Of a stretch of 64,000 nt of DNA, positions 8,100-17,277 are shown piece by piece. Where the stretch lies: positions 448,001 through 512,000 of the forward strand of contig CAWAIF010000002.1 in NCBI GenBank assembly GCA_963782055.1. The letters are read 5' to 3'. Numbering within the stretch: position 1 is the stretch's first letter; the number at the start of each line of letters is the position of its first letter. The notes under the pieces were generated by a model that did not search any database, was not told the DNA's origin, and saw nothing but the letters and a program-made list of their open reading frames with translations. A program made the translations under genes and the position numbers. The stretch comes from an uncultured delta proteobacterium. Its GTDB lineage: Bacteria; Myxococcota_A; Polyangia; Polyangiales; Polyangiaceae.

Positions 8100-11000
8100 T
8101 CAGCGGCGGACCTCCTCGCGACCGACACGCACCGCGAGCGTCCGGCCGCCGCGGCGGATCTGCAACACAACGTCCGCCTCCAGCGGGCCGCTCATCTTCG
8201 CCCGCGCCTGCTCGATGGTGTGCACCGCCGTGCCGTCGACCGACAGCACGACGTCGCCGGGGAGGAGCCCGGCGCGCTCCGCCTCGCTGCCCTCCGCGAC
8301 CAGGACGATGACCACCTCCCGCGGGTCGCCCGTCTCACCGAGCGTCACCGCCACGCTGCCGGCGGCCATCGGCACCCGCTCCGGCGCGCCCTCGCTCTCG
8401 AGCGTGATCCGGACGTCGTCGGTCGTGCGGCCGGCGGTGACGCGCACGCCCTCGACGCGCCCGCGGCCCACGTCCGGCGCGTACGCCTCCAGCGAGACCG
8501 TCCCCTCCGCCAGGCCGCCGAGGTGGAAGTGGCCCTCGGCGTCGGTGACGGCGACGCCCGGGGGGGCGGTGCCCGCGGCGAGGTAGACGGGCACGCGCCC
8601 CTGCGCGACGCGCGCGCCCGCTACCGGGTCGCCGTGACCGTCACGGACCACCCCCTCGACCACGCCCTCCGCGGACAGGTCGAACGGCGCCAGCGCCGCC
8701 GGGCGCGCCTCGCCCCCGCGGAGCGTCGCCCGGCGCTCCGCCGGCGCGTAGCCCGCGGCGGTGACGCGCACGCGCACCGATCCCGGCGCGAGGTCGGCGA
8801 GGGTGAAGGCGCCCTGGTCGTCGGTGCGCGCGTGGCGCACGCCGACATCCGTGTAGAATACAACATCGGCGTCGGACACCGGGTCCCCGCCCCGCGCCGC
8901 GCGCACCTCCCCGGTGACGGCGGCGCCGGCGGCGAGCGCCACGTCCAGCCGGTCCGGCGCGGCCGCGAGGGTGACGTCGTGCGGCGCGAAGGACGGCGCG
9001 GTCACCTCGAGGCGCAGGTGCAGCCCCCGCACGCCGGCGAGGGTGGCGTCGCCGTCCGCGTCGGTGAAGGCGGTGAGGCGCACCGGCGCGGAGGGGTCGA
9101 GTGACGTCGCCGACACCTGCGCCTTCTCCACGGGGTAGCCGCGGTCGTCGCGCACGCGCACGGCCGTGGCCTCGCGCGGGGCGGGGAGGGTGATGGTGAT
9201 CTCCCGGCGCTCTCCCTCCTTCACCGAGACCGACACGCGCGTCGCCGGGTGGAGCGCGTCCTCGTCGGCGTAGACGTCCAGGGCGAGGTCCTGCGGGACG
9301 GCGGCGAAGGCGAAGGTGCCGTCGCTCGCGGTCCGGGTGGAGCGCTCGAGGGTGCCGTGCACCGCGAGCAGGTCCAGGCGGGCGCCGGAGACGGGGGTGC
9401 CGGAGGCGTCGACCACGCGGCCCTGCAGGTCGCCGCCGCGCCGCAGGACGATGGTCACGTCAGCCTCCCCGCCAGGCGCCAGGGTGACCATGTCGCTGTA
9501 CGTCTCGACGTACTCGGGGTGACGGACCACCGCCCGCACCCGGCCGGGGGTGACCGGGGACGCCCGGAAGGTCCCGTCCTGCCGCGTCACCCAGGGCTCC
9601 GGCGGAGGGATCGTTGGCAAGCTACCGTTCGCGCCGGCGGCCGCGCCCCAGGGGGAGGGGCCTGCCGCGGCCCACGGCGAGCCGCCCAGCCCGACCGACT
9701 GCCCGGGCGCCGGGATGGGCGGGACCGGGCCGGGCATCACCCCCAGCTCGCCCGCCGGGACCAGCGGCGCCGGCCCGCCCAGCGCCGAGCGGAACTCCGA
9801 CTCGCGGAAGCTCGCTCGCCGCGGGTCGTCGTCGATGGGGCCGCCGGCGAAGTCGGTCCCCACGATCTCCAGCGTCGCGCCGCCCACCGGGAAGCCACGG
9901 GCGTCCACCACCCGCCCGGTGAGCGTGGCCGCGCGCGAGAGCACCACCCGCACCGGGCCCTGCAGCGGCTCGGGCACCTGCACCGGCGCGCGTCCCACGT
10001 AACCGTCGGCGCGGGCCGACACCGTCGCGTCGCCCCCCGCGATGGGTCCGAGCAGCGCCCGGCCGCGGCGGTCGGTGGTCGCCTCCATCGGGAACGGCGA
10101 GACGCCCCCCTCCGCCAGCACCACGCGCGCGTCGCGCACGGGGGCCGCGTCGTCGGCGTCGCTGTCGGTGACGAGCACCTGCACCATGCGGCCGGGCACG
10201 AGGCGCAGCGTCAGCTCCTTGTTCTCGCCGGCGCCGAGGGGGAAGGCGAGCTCGATGGGCGAGGCCTGGGTGCCGTGCACCGCGCGCAGGGCGTAGGAGC
10301 CGGCGTAGAGGCCGGCGAGCTTCACGCCCCCGTGCGGCCCCGTCTTGCCCTCCCGCGCCGGCCAGAGCGACGCGCCGGCGATGCGCACGACAGCGTCCTG
10401 CACCGGCTTGCCGCCCGGGTCCTCCACGTGCACCACGATCGACCCCAGGCGCTTGAGGGCGACGTGCAGCGCGTCACCGTCGTGAACGTCGCGCAGCGTC
10501 GTCTCGTCGTAGCCCGGCGCGCTCACCGTCACCACCCACGGCGGCGCCCCCAGGCGTCCGACGCGCGCGTGACCCTGGGCGTCGGTCCGCGCGCCGACCG
10601 GGAGTGGGTCGGCGCCCGCCACCTCGATCGTCGCGCCCTCGATGGCGTCCCCGCCCTCCGCTGTCACGTCGGCGGTGAAGGTGTGCTCCGGTCCGAGCAC
10701 CAGCGTCGCGGCGCGCGAGCCGCCGGTGCCTGGCCCGAAGATGAGCACGTGGCTGGACCCGCGCGCGAAGCCGTCGCGGTCCGCGACCAGCCACGCCTCG
10801 CCGCGCGGCAACCCCTCCAGGTGCGCGCGACCGTCGTCGCCGGTGCGCGCGGTCGCGGCGCGAAAGACACGCCCTTCGACCTGGACCAGCACCTGCACGA
10901 AGGCGCCCCCCACCGCCGCGCCGTGCGCGTCGCGGGTGACGACGTCCAGGGTGCCGTCCCGATCGGCGGCGGCGGCGGGCGGCAGAGGCGGGGGTGCGGT

Positions 11001-11144
11001 CTGGTAGGTGACCGACGTCAGGATGGAGCCCGGCACCGTGGCGACGGCGATGAGCGCGAGAAACGCCAGCAGCACGGCCCAGGCGTGCGGCGCGCGTCTC
11101 GCGAGGCTCGTCCTCTTCGCCACACCTTGTGGACGGTCACCCAT
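8100..11144 (-). CDS. Carboxypeptidase regulatory-like repeat protein with C-terminal PDZ domain
   Basis: Repeated G.V.D..G.PV.GA.V...TD..G.F modules; PDZ signature GSEAERAGLLPGDVVLSVDG; N-terminal TM. Confidence 0.85.
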   Translation of the reverse strand: MGDRPQGVAKRTSLARRAPHAWAVLLAFLALIAVATVPGSILTSVTYQTAPPPLPPAAAADRDGTLDVVTRDAHGAAVGGAFVQVLVQVEGRVFRAATARTGDDGRAHLEGLPRGEAWLVADRDGFARGSSHVLIFGPGTGGSRAATLVLGPEHTFTADVTAEGGDAIEGATIEVAGADPLPVGARTDAQGHARVGRLGAPPWVVTVSAPGYDETTLRDVHDGDALHVALKRLGSIVVHVEDPGGKPVQDAVVRIAGASLWPAREGKTGPHGGVKLAGLYAGSYALRAVHGTQASPIELAFPLGAGENKELTLRLVPGRMVQVLVTDSDADDAAPVRDARVVLAEGGVSPFPMEATTDRRGRALLGPIAGGDATVSARADGYVGRAPVQVPEPLQGPVRVVLSRAATLTGRVVDARGFPVGGATLEIVGTDFAGGPIDDDPRRASFRESEFRSALGGPAPLVPAGELGVMPGPVPPIPAPGQSVGLGGSPWAAAGPSPWGAAAGANGSLPTIPPPEPWVTRQDGTFRASPVTPGRVRAVVRHPEYVETYSDMVTLAPGGEADVTIVLRRGGDLQGRVVDASGTPVSGARLDLLAVHGTLERSTRTASDGTFAFAAVPQDLALDVYADEDALHPATRVSVSVKEGERREITITLPAPREATAVRVRDDRGYPVEKAQVSATSLDPSAPVRLTAFTDADGDATLAGVRGLHLRLEVTAPSFAPHDVTLAAAPDRLDVALAAGAAVTGEVRAARGGDPVSDADVVFYTDVGVRHARTDDQGAFTLADLAPGSVRVRVTAAGYAPAERRATLRGGEARPAALAPFDLSAEGVVEGVVRDGHGDPVAGARVAQGRVPVYLAAGTAPPGVAVTDAEGHFHLGGLAEGTVSLEAYAPDVGRGRVEGVRVTAGRTTDDVRITLESEGAPERVPMAAGSVAVTLGETGDPREVVIVLVAEGSEAERAGLLPGDVVLSVDGTAVHTIEQARAKMSGPLEADVVLQIRRGGRTLAVRVGREEVRR

Positions 11145-11222
11145 CGCCGTTCCTTCCAGGCGCGATTGTGAACGAGCCCGCCCGGCCCCGCAGAACAATC
11201 AGCGGTGCTACGCTACAAGACG

Positions 11223-12380
11223 ATGCCGTCCCTCGCCGCACGCACCGCCTGCGTGATCGGGTGCGCCGCCATGGTGGTCGGAGTGGCCGGCGGTTGCGGC
11301 GACGACAACCCCCCGCCCCTCGGCAGCGTGACGAGCCACGTCGAGGCCGGCCCGCCCGTCTTCAACACCGACGCGGGCGGTCCGCCGGACTGCACGAAGG
11401 CGGACCCGGAGGCGGGCGTGTGCGGCTGCACCGAGCTCGACCTGCTGGGCGACGCGCCCAACATGTACTTCGTGCTGGACCGCTCCGGCAGCATGGCGAA
11501 CGGCAACGAGTGGACGACGGTGCGCACCGTCGTCTCGCAGACGATGGAGAAGATCGGCCCGCGCGCCAGCTTCGGCGTGGCGGTCTTCCCCAAGCCGGGC
11601 CAGCAGTGCGCCGCGGGCGGGCAGGTGATGTCGGTGCGTCGCGGCGACTCTCCCGCCGGGACGTTCGGGCCGACGACGAAGGTGATGCTCCAGGTGACCT
11701 CCGCCGCGCCCTCCGGGGGCACGCCCACCGCGGCGACGCTGCGCGCGCTGACGCCCACGCTGGAGGGGCTCGCCGGTCAGACCTTCGTCATCCTGGCGAC
11801 AGACGGCGGGCCCAACTGCAACGACAGCGCGACCTGCGGCGCGTCGGAGTGCCAGCTCAACATCGAGGGCATGCAGGGCTGCCCGCCGGGCGGCCCGCTC
11901 GACTGCTGCGACCCCAGCTCCTACGGGCCGGAGTTCTGCCTGGACGCGCAGCCCACCATCGACGCGGTGAGCGCGCTGGCGGCCGCGAGCATCCCCACCT
12001 ACGTCATCGGCGTCCCGGGCAGCGAGACGTACGCCGCGCTGCTCGACCAGCTCGCCACCGCGGGCGGCACCGCGCGCGCCGGCTCGCCGCGCTACTACCG
12101 CGTGGACACCACCGACGCGGCGGACTTCGCGGCCGCCCTGGCGAAGGTGGCGGCCAAGATCACCGCGACGTGCACGCTCTCGCTCGACCAGCCGCCGCCG
12201 GACCCGGATCAGGTCAACGTGTACCTGGACGGCGTGGCGGTGCCCCAGGACCCGACCGACGGATGGTCGCTGGATGGCGCGACGGTGACGCTGCTCGGCG
12301 CGACGTGCCAGAAGGTGATGGCGGGCGACGTGCTGTCGCTGCGCGTCGTCGCCGGCTGCCCGACCCTCAAACCGAATTGA
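11223..12380 (+). CDS. Cys-rich VWA-domain lipoprotein (CglB-like)
   Basis: Lipobox AGGC, MIDAS DRSGS, GGTPT, ILATDGGPNC. Confidence 0.85.
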   Translation: MPSLAARTACVIGCAAMVVGVAGGCGDDNPPPLGSVTSHVEAGPPVFNTDAGGPPDCTKADPEAGVCGCTELDLLGDAPNMYFVLDRSGSMANGNEWTTVRTVVSQTMEKIGPRASFGVAVFPKPGQQCAAGGQVMSVRRGDSPAGTFGPTTKVMLQVTSAAPSGGTPTAATLRALTPTLEGLAGQTFVILATDGGPNCNDSATCGASECQLNIEGMQGCPPGGPLDCCDPSSYGPEFCLDAQPTIDAVSALAAASIPTYVIGVPGSETYAALLDQLATAGGTARAGSPRYYRVDTTDAADFAAALAKVAAKITATCTLSLDQPPPDPDQVNVYLDGVAVPQDPTDGWSLDGATVTLLGATCQKVMAGDVLSLRVVAGCPTLKPN

Positions 12381-12416
12381 GGGGCCGCACCAGGGACGGG
12401 CGGCGCGTGCCGCCTC

Positions 12417-13529
12417 TCAATGCACGGTGTAGATGCGGCCCTCGTGCTCGACGGTGGGGATGTTCGCCGAGGCCAGCGGGGCGAGCGTGGCCTCCGCCTC
12501 CACCGGGACGACGGCGCGGGCGAGCATCTCCTCCCGCGCCTCCTCCGCCTCCCACTTCGCGAGCGTCTCCTTCGACCTGCGGCGGCGCTTGACGTACGCC
12601 GCCACCATGATGCCGGCCGCGCCGACCCACAGCAGCGTGCCGCCGGTGAGCACCGGCCAGATGCTGAAGCGCCGGTCCAGCTCCTCCCGCCACTCGTACT
12701 CCAGCTTGCGCTCGTCGGTGCCGTAGGCGTCTTCCATCCCCCGGTCGAAGCGGGTGCCGTTGCGGACGCGCTCGATGAGGGACTGGAAGCGCGCGCGGTC
12801 GGCGTCTCGCGTCAGGAAGCGGACGAAGTCCGCCGACTCGGCGTAGGCGATGCTGACCTCGTAGTTCTCGTCGGGGAAGCTCTTGTCCAGGTCGTCGAGG
12901 GGGATGACCGACTTGGAGAGCGTCGCGTCCCAGAGGGTGTGCAGGCGCTCCCACGACTTCTCCCCCGACGCGTCCACGGCGAGGCCCTCGTTGAACCACA
13001 GGGGCACGTGGTGGCCGGCGACGGCGTCCTCCAGCGCGACGTGCACAAGCTCGTGACGGAAGACCTCCCCGATGTCGCTCGCCTCCGCCGTCCTGGGCTC
13101 GCGCAGGGAGAGGAGCACCAGATGCAGGCTGGAGTACGCCACGCCCACCGCGTACTGCGGTGGGGGGTGGCCGACCGGGGCGAGGTCGTCCATGTCTTCC
13201 GGGGAGCGCGCGACGCGCACGTCGACGTGATCGAGCACCTTCTGCCCGAGCAGATCGGCGAGGGTGGCCTTCACCTCGTCGGCGTGATCGATGAGGGGCT
13301 GCACGCGCTCCTTCACCGTGGAGGGGTAAGCGATGGTGAGCCAGTCGTGCTTCACCGTCACCATGTCGCGGGGGAGTGGGGGGAGCTTCACCGTGCTCGG
13401 CTCGAGCACGATGGGCACGTCGCGCGGGGTGTTGCCCACCGGCTCGCCCGCGCGGGCGGCCGCGGGCCACGACACCACCAGCGCGAGGAGCGTCGCCACA
13501 AAGGCGAGGGCGCGGACCAGCCGGCTCAT
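12417..13529 (-). CDS. Peptidase MA-family zinc metallopeptidase, membrane anchored
   Basis: Signal peptide, HELVH...PLWFNEGLA, C-terminal TM. Confidence 0.85.
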   Translation of the reverse strand: MSRLVRALAFVATLLALVVSWPAAARAGEPVGNTPRDVPIVLEPSTVKLPPLPRDMVTVKHDWLTIAYPSTVKERVQPLIDHADEVKATLADLLGQKVLDHVDVRVARSPEDMDDLAPVGHPPPQYAVGVAYSSLHLVLLSLREPRTAEASDIGEVFRHELVHVALEDAVAGHHVPLWFNEGLAVDASGEKSWERLHTLWDATLSKSVIPLDDLDKSFPDENYEVSIAYAESADFVRFLTRDADRARFQSLIERVRNGTRFDRGMEDAYGTDERKLEYEWREELDRRFSIWPVLTGGTLLWVGAAGIMVAAYVKRRRRSKETLAKWEAEEAREEMLARAVVPVEAEATLAPLASANIPTVEHEGRIYTVH

Positions 13530-14383
13530 GGCGGGCCTTGCATCTGGAGGTGGATGGTGTCGCTCGAGCCCACCTGGGTGGCGAGCAGCACGCCGCCGGC
13601 GGCGAGGGCCGCGACGCCCACCGCGGCCCAGAACCACGGCGACTTGTAGAAGGCGCCGGAGTGCGTGGAGGTCTCCTTCTTCTCCGGCGCGGCCGCGCTC
13701 TCCACGCGCAGGGGGATGCGCGTGCGGGTGGCCGGCGCACCGACCACAGGCTGCGGGGCGAGGGCGCGCTCGAGCGAGCCGACGGCCCCCTTCCACGCGA
13801 GGGGCGCGCCGGGCTGGCTGGCATCCGGCTCGTAGCGGGCGGCGTCGAAGGTCCTGGTGTCGGCGAAGAAGAGGCGCGCGGACGCCGAGTCCCCGGCGGC
13901 CGAGACGACGAGCAGGGCGCGCACGTCCAGCTTGCCGGCCATCGCTCCGAGGAGCTCGCGGGAGGCGGCGTCGTCGCCCTTCACGCCGGCGCGGAGCTCG
14001 GCGAGATCGAGCAGATCGGCGGGGGCGCCGGCGGGCGGCGCCTCCCCCGCGAGGACGCGGGCGTGGGCGTCGTCCAGCGCGCGCGGCCGGAGCGAGGCGC
14101 TGCCGTAGACGCCCTGCGCGAGGGGCCACGCGGCGTCGGTGGCGCCGCCCGTCGCGACCACCGCGACACCGGAAGGCGCGGCGGCAGGCGCGGGCGCGGC
14201 GCTCGCCGCCGGCGGAGGCGTGGCGCTCGCCGTGGTGGCGGCGACGGCCGAGGGCGCGGGGGCCGTGGCCGTGGCGGGCGCGGTGGTGGGCGGGGGCGCG
14301 CCAGCCCATGCGGGGACCGCCAGCGCGGCGGCCAGACCGGCGGCGCAGACTCCCGCCGCGATGACGTGCTGGGAGGCGCGCAT
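13526..14383 (-). CDS. Hypothetical exported protein with C-terminal membrane anchor
   Basis: Signal peptide, Pro/Ala linker, FYKSPWFWAAVG TM motif; ATGA coupling with the next gene. Confidence 0.7.
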   Translation of the reverse strand: MRASQHVIAAGVCAAGLAAALAVPAWAGAPPPTTAPATATAPAPSAVAATTASATPPPAASAAPAPAAAPSGVAVVATGGATDAAWPLAQGVYGSASLRPRALDDAHARVLAGEAPPAGAPADLLDLAELRAGVKGDDAASRELLGAMAGKLDVRALLVVSAAGDSASARLFFADTRTFDAARYEPDASQPGAPLAWKGAVGSLERALAPQPVVGAPATRTRIPLRVESAAAPEKKETSTHSGAFYKSPWFWAAVGVAALAAGGVLLATQVGSSDTIHLQMQGPP

Positions 14384-14385
14384 GA

Positions 14386-15141
14386 TCAGCGGTCGCGCGA
14401 CGAGGCGAGGATGCGGAGCAGGAAGAGGAAGAGGTTGACCACGTCGAGGAAGAGGCGCAGCGCGGCGCCGACGGCGTCGTCCGTTCTGTCTCGCAGGATG
14501 CGGGAGGTGTCGTAAAGGACGTACCCGGCGAAGAGCAGCACGCCCACGCTGGCGACCGCGAGCTGGAACACCTGCGCCTGCAGGATGATTCCGAGCACCA
14601 TCGCCGCGAGCAGGACCCAGAGACCCGCGCTGAGACCGGCCCCGAGGAAGGAGAAATCCCGCCGGGAGAGGACGGCGTAGCCGGAAAGCCCCACGAAGGC
14701 GGCGCCGGTGAGGAGGAAGGCGTCGCGCACCGGCGACGGGTCCAGCGTCTGCCCGTGGTTGGCCATGAGCATCGCGAAGTATAGCGAGGGCGCGATGAAC
14801 AGACCGGTGACGAAGGTGTAGCCGAAGAGCGCCAGCAGGTTGACGCCCCGCACCCTGCGCAGCATGTTCGCCGCGAAGAAGACGCCGATGTAGCCGAGCA
14901 GCGAGAGCAGCCAGTGCTGCACGCCGAAGGCGACGATGGGCGGCAGCACCGGCGCGCCGAACGCCCCCGCGGCGTACGCGCCGGCCGGGGCGCCCGCGTA
15001 CAGTGCCACCATGGCGCCGGCGATGGCGAAGCCGATGCCCACGGTGAAGAGCCCGTAGACACGCCTCAGGAAGGGCAGCGAGGTGACCCGGGCGTAGACC
15101 CTGGCCCGCCGGGCGGCCTGAAGCGAGGACGGCATCATCAT
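14386..15141 (-). CDS. Bax inhibitor-1/YccA family membrane protein
   Basis: FLRRVY, DFSFLG, YVLYDTSRI, LFLDVVNLFLFLLRI. Confidence 0.92.
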   Translation of the reverse strand: MMMPSSLQAARRARVYARVTSLPFLRRVYGLFTVGIGFAIAGAMVALYAGAPAGAYAAGAFGAPVLPPIVAFGVQHWLLSLLGYIGVFFAANMLRRVRGVNLLALFGYTFVTGLFIAPSLYFAMLMANHGQTLDPSPVRDAFLLTGAAFVGLSGYAVLSRRDFSFLGAGLSAGLWVLLAAMVLGIILQAQVFQLAVASVGVLLFAGYVLYDTSRILRDRTDDAVGAALRLFLDVVNLFLFLLRILASSRDR

Positions 15142-15171
15142 CGGTACAAGTTAATGGCGCCGGGGCGCCCG

Positions 15172-15963
15172 TCAACCGAAGGGCAGCAGCGATCGGAGGG
15201 CGGCGAACAGGGGCGCGCGCGCGGCGAAGACCTCCGTGGCGCCGGACCACCTGCTCAGAAGGTGCCACGCGAGGCCGACCGCCGCCGCGGCGAAGGGCGG
15301 GCCGAGCAGGGTGAGCACCCGCCGCTGCTCGAAGGAGCGCCGTGCGGCGAACAGGGCGCAGAGTCCCAGTGCCAGGCCGTCGACCACCCACGCCCGCGCC
15401 CCGGGGGTCAGCTCCGGCACTGCGTGGGCCACGCGGGCGGCCAGCAGCGCCAGCGGGGCGAGCGAGGCGAGCAGGGCCGCGGTCACCGCGCGCGCCGTCG
15501 ATCGGGCGGACAGCGCGCGGAGCAGCCCGGCGAAGCGCACGGAGAGGAGGGCGAGCAGCACGCCGAGGGCGAGCCCGCCCAGCGCGAAGGTCACGCCCGC
15601 CAGCGCGTGGTGGTGGGTCTTCGCGCGCAGCACGCTGCCGAAGAGCGCCACGCCAAGGAGCATCCACGCCGACCACGCCACCGCGGCCAGCGCCCGCTCC
15701 AGCGCACCCAGGCCGGCGAAGGCGCGCAGGCCCTCGCGCGCGGCGCGCAGCACGCCGATGACGAGGAGCAGCGGCAGCACGCCGATGCCGGTGAGCGCGA
15801 GCCATGCCCGCGCGGTGTCGACGGGCGGGTCGGCCACGCTGGCGACCCGCAGCGCGGCAGGCACCGCGGCCACCGCGGCGGCCAGCGTGGCGACGCCTGC
15901 CAGCGTGCCGAGCCGCCCGACGAGCGACGGGGAATCGGTCTGGGGCGGCGGATGGCTCGCCAT
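15172..15963 (-). CDS. Hypothetical multi-pass membrane protein
   Basis: About 7 hydrophobic segments; LRAKTHHHALAG motif. Confidence 0.65.
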   Translation of the reverse strand: MASHPPPQTDSPSLVGRLGTLAGVATLAAAVAAVPAALRVASVADPPVDTARAWLALTGIGVLPLLLVIGVLRAAREGLRAFAGLGALERALAAVAWSAWMLLGVALFGSVLRAKTHHHALAGVTFALGGLALGVLLALLSVRFAGLLRALSARSTARAVTAALLASLAPLALLAARVAHAVPELTPGARAWVVDGLALGLCALFAARRSFEQRRVLTLLGPPFAAAAVGLAWHLLSRWSGATEVFAARAPLFAALRSLLPFG

Positions 15964-15964
15964 G

Positions 15965-17176
15965 TCAGAACTTGTCCAGGGCGAAGAAGGGGGGGAGCGC
16001 GAGCAGCGCGTCGAGCGTGTCCAGGGCCGTCGCGTCGCCCGAGACGAGGCCGAGCCGCTCGGCCGCGCGGACGCCGAGGCCGCCGAAGGCGATCTGCGTG
16101 AGCGCCGCGGCGGTGGTGCGCACGGCGGTCTCGCCCCGCGGGCACGCGGTGACGCGCGCGCGTCCCTCGGCCACACGCAGGCGGAAGGCGCCGCCGTCCT
16201 CCAGCGCGAACGCCGCCTCCCCCGCAGCGTCGTAGCCTCGCGCCTCGAGCGCCCGCGGGACGTCCAGGACGCGCAGCATCGGCCCGGCGACGACCAGCCC
16301 TACGGCGTGCTCCACCTGCTCGGTGCCGTGGCGCCGGGCGTCGGCGTCGAGCAGGGCGAACGGGAGAGGATCGCGCGCGTCGACCTCCAGCTCCACCTGG
16401 GCGGCCTGGTCCGCCTGCTGGCCGAGGAAGCCAAGCAGCGCGCGTCGCGCGGGGTCGTCGTCGGCGACGAGCTCGTGCACGACGAGTTGCGTGGCTGCGT
16501 GCGCCTCCGCCTGGGCCAGCGCGAAACGGATGTATCCTGCAACAATCTCGCCACGGCGCAGAACAACGACGCGCGAGCGCTCGCCGAGGAACCGGGCGTT
16601 CCACAGCGCGGCCGGCCGGACCAGCCAGCCGGTGTGGCGGAGTGCGGCGCGGGCGTAGCAGGCCATGACGGCCTCGCGGTCCTGCTCCTCCACCGCGCAG
16701 AGCTCGGCCCGCCGCGCCTCGTCCACCCACGCCGCGGGGACAGCCTCCGGCGCGAGGCTCAGGCGCTGCCGCGAGGCCACCTTCGCGTAGCCCAGCCTCG
16801 CGTAGAAGCGCTCGCGAAAGGCGTAGAGGAGGCTCAGCGCCGCCCCCCGCCGCGCGGCGAGCTCGTGAAGGTGGCGGAGCAGCGCGCCCGCCACGCCGCT
16901 GCGCCGCGCCTCCGGGGCGACCCCGACGGTGGCCACGCCGGCGGTGCGCACGACCGCGCCGCCGAAGGCGACGCCGAGGTCGAAGAGGAAGGCGTGGCCG
17001 ACGACGCCCCCGTCGCGCTCGGCGACGTGGAGATCGCCGAGTGGACCGAGCGGGTTGGCGGTGAAGTTGTGGAGGCGCTCTCGGACACCTCTGGCGTCGG
17101 GAAAGGCGGAGCCGTGGACCTCGACCAGCCGGTCCAGGTCGGCCTCGCGGGCGGGGCGAAAAAGCAGGGCTGACAT
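15965..17176 (-). CDS. Eis-family GNAT N-acetyltransferase
   Basis: GVATVGVAPEARRSGVAGALL, FYARLGY, C-terminal SCP2-like MLRVLDVPRALEARGY. Confidence 0.88.
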   Translation of the reverse strand: MSALLFRPAREADLDRLVEVHGSAFPDARGVRERLHNFTANPLGPLGDLHVAERDGGVVGHAFLFDLGVAFGGAVVRTAGVATVGVAPEARRSGVAGALLRHLHELAARRGAALSLLYAFRERFYARLGYAKVASRQRLSLAPEAVPAAWVDEARRAELCAVEEQDREAVMACYARAALRHTGWLVRPAALWNARFLGERSRVVVLRRGEIVAGYIRFALAQAEAHAATQLVVHELVADDDPARRALLGFLGQQADQAAQVELEVDARDPLPFALLDADARRHGTEQVEHAVGLVVAGPMLRVLDVPRALEARGYDAAGEAAFALEDGGAFRLRVAEGRARVTACPRGETAVRTTAAALTQIAFGGLGVRAAERLGLVSGDATALDTLDALLALPPFFALDKF

Positions 17177-17277
17177 GGCTGCGCGCGCGGCGGGAGCCTA
17201 CCACGGAGGGTCGGAAAGGCCCGCAAACTGGAGTTTTTGCCGCCAGGCGTGTTAGCGAGGAGTGGGAAGGTCCAGAC

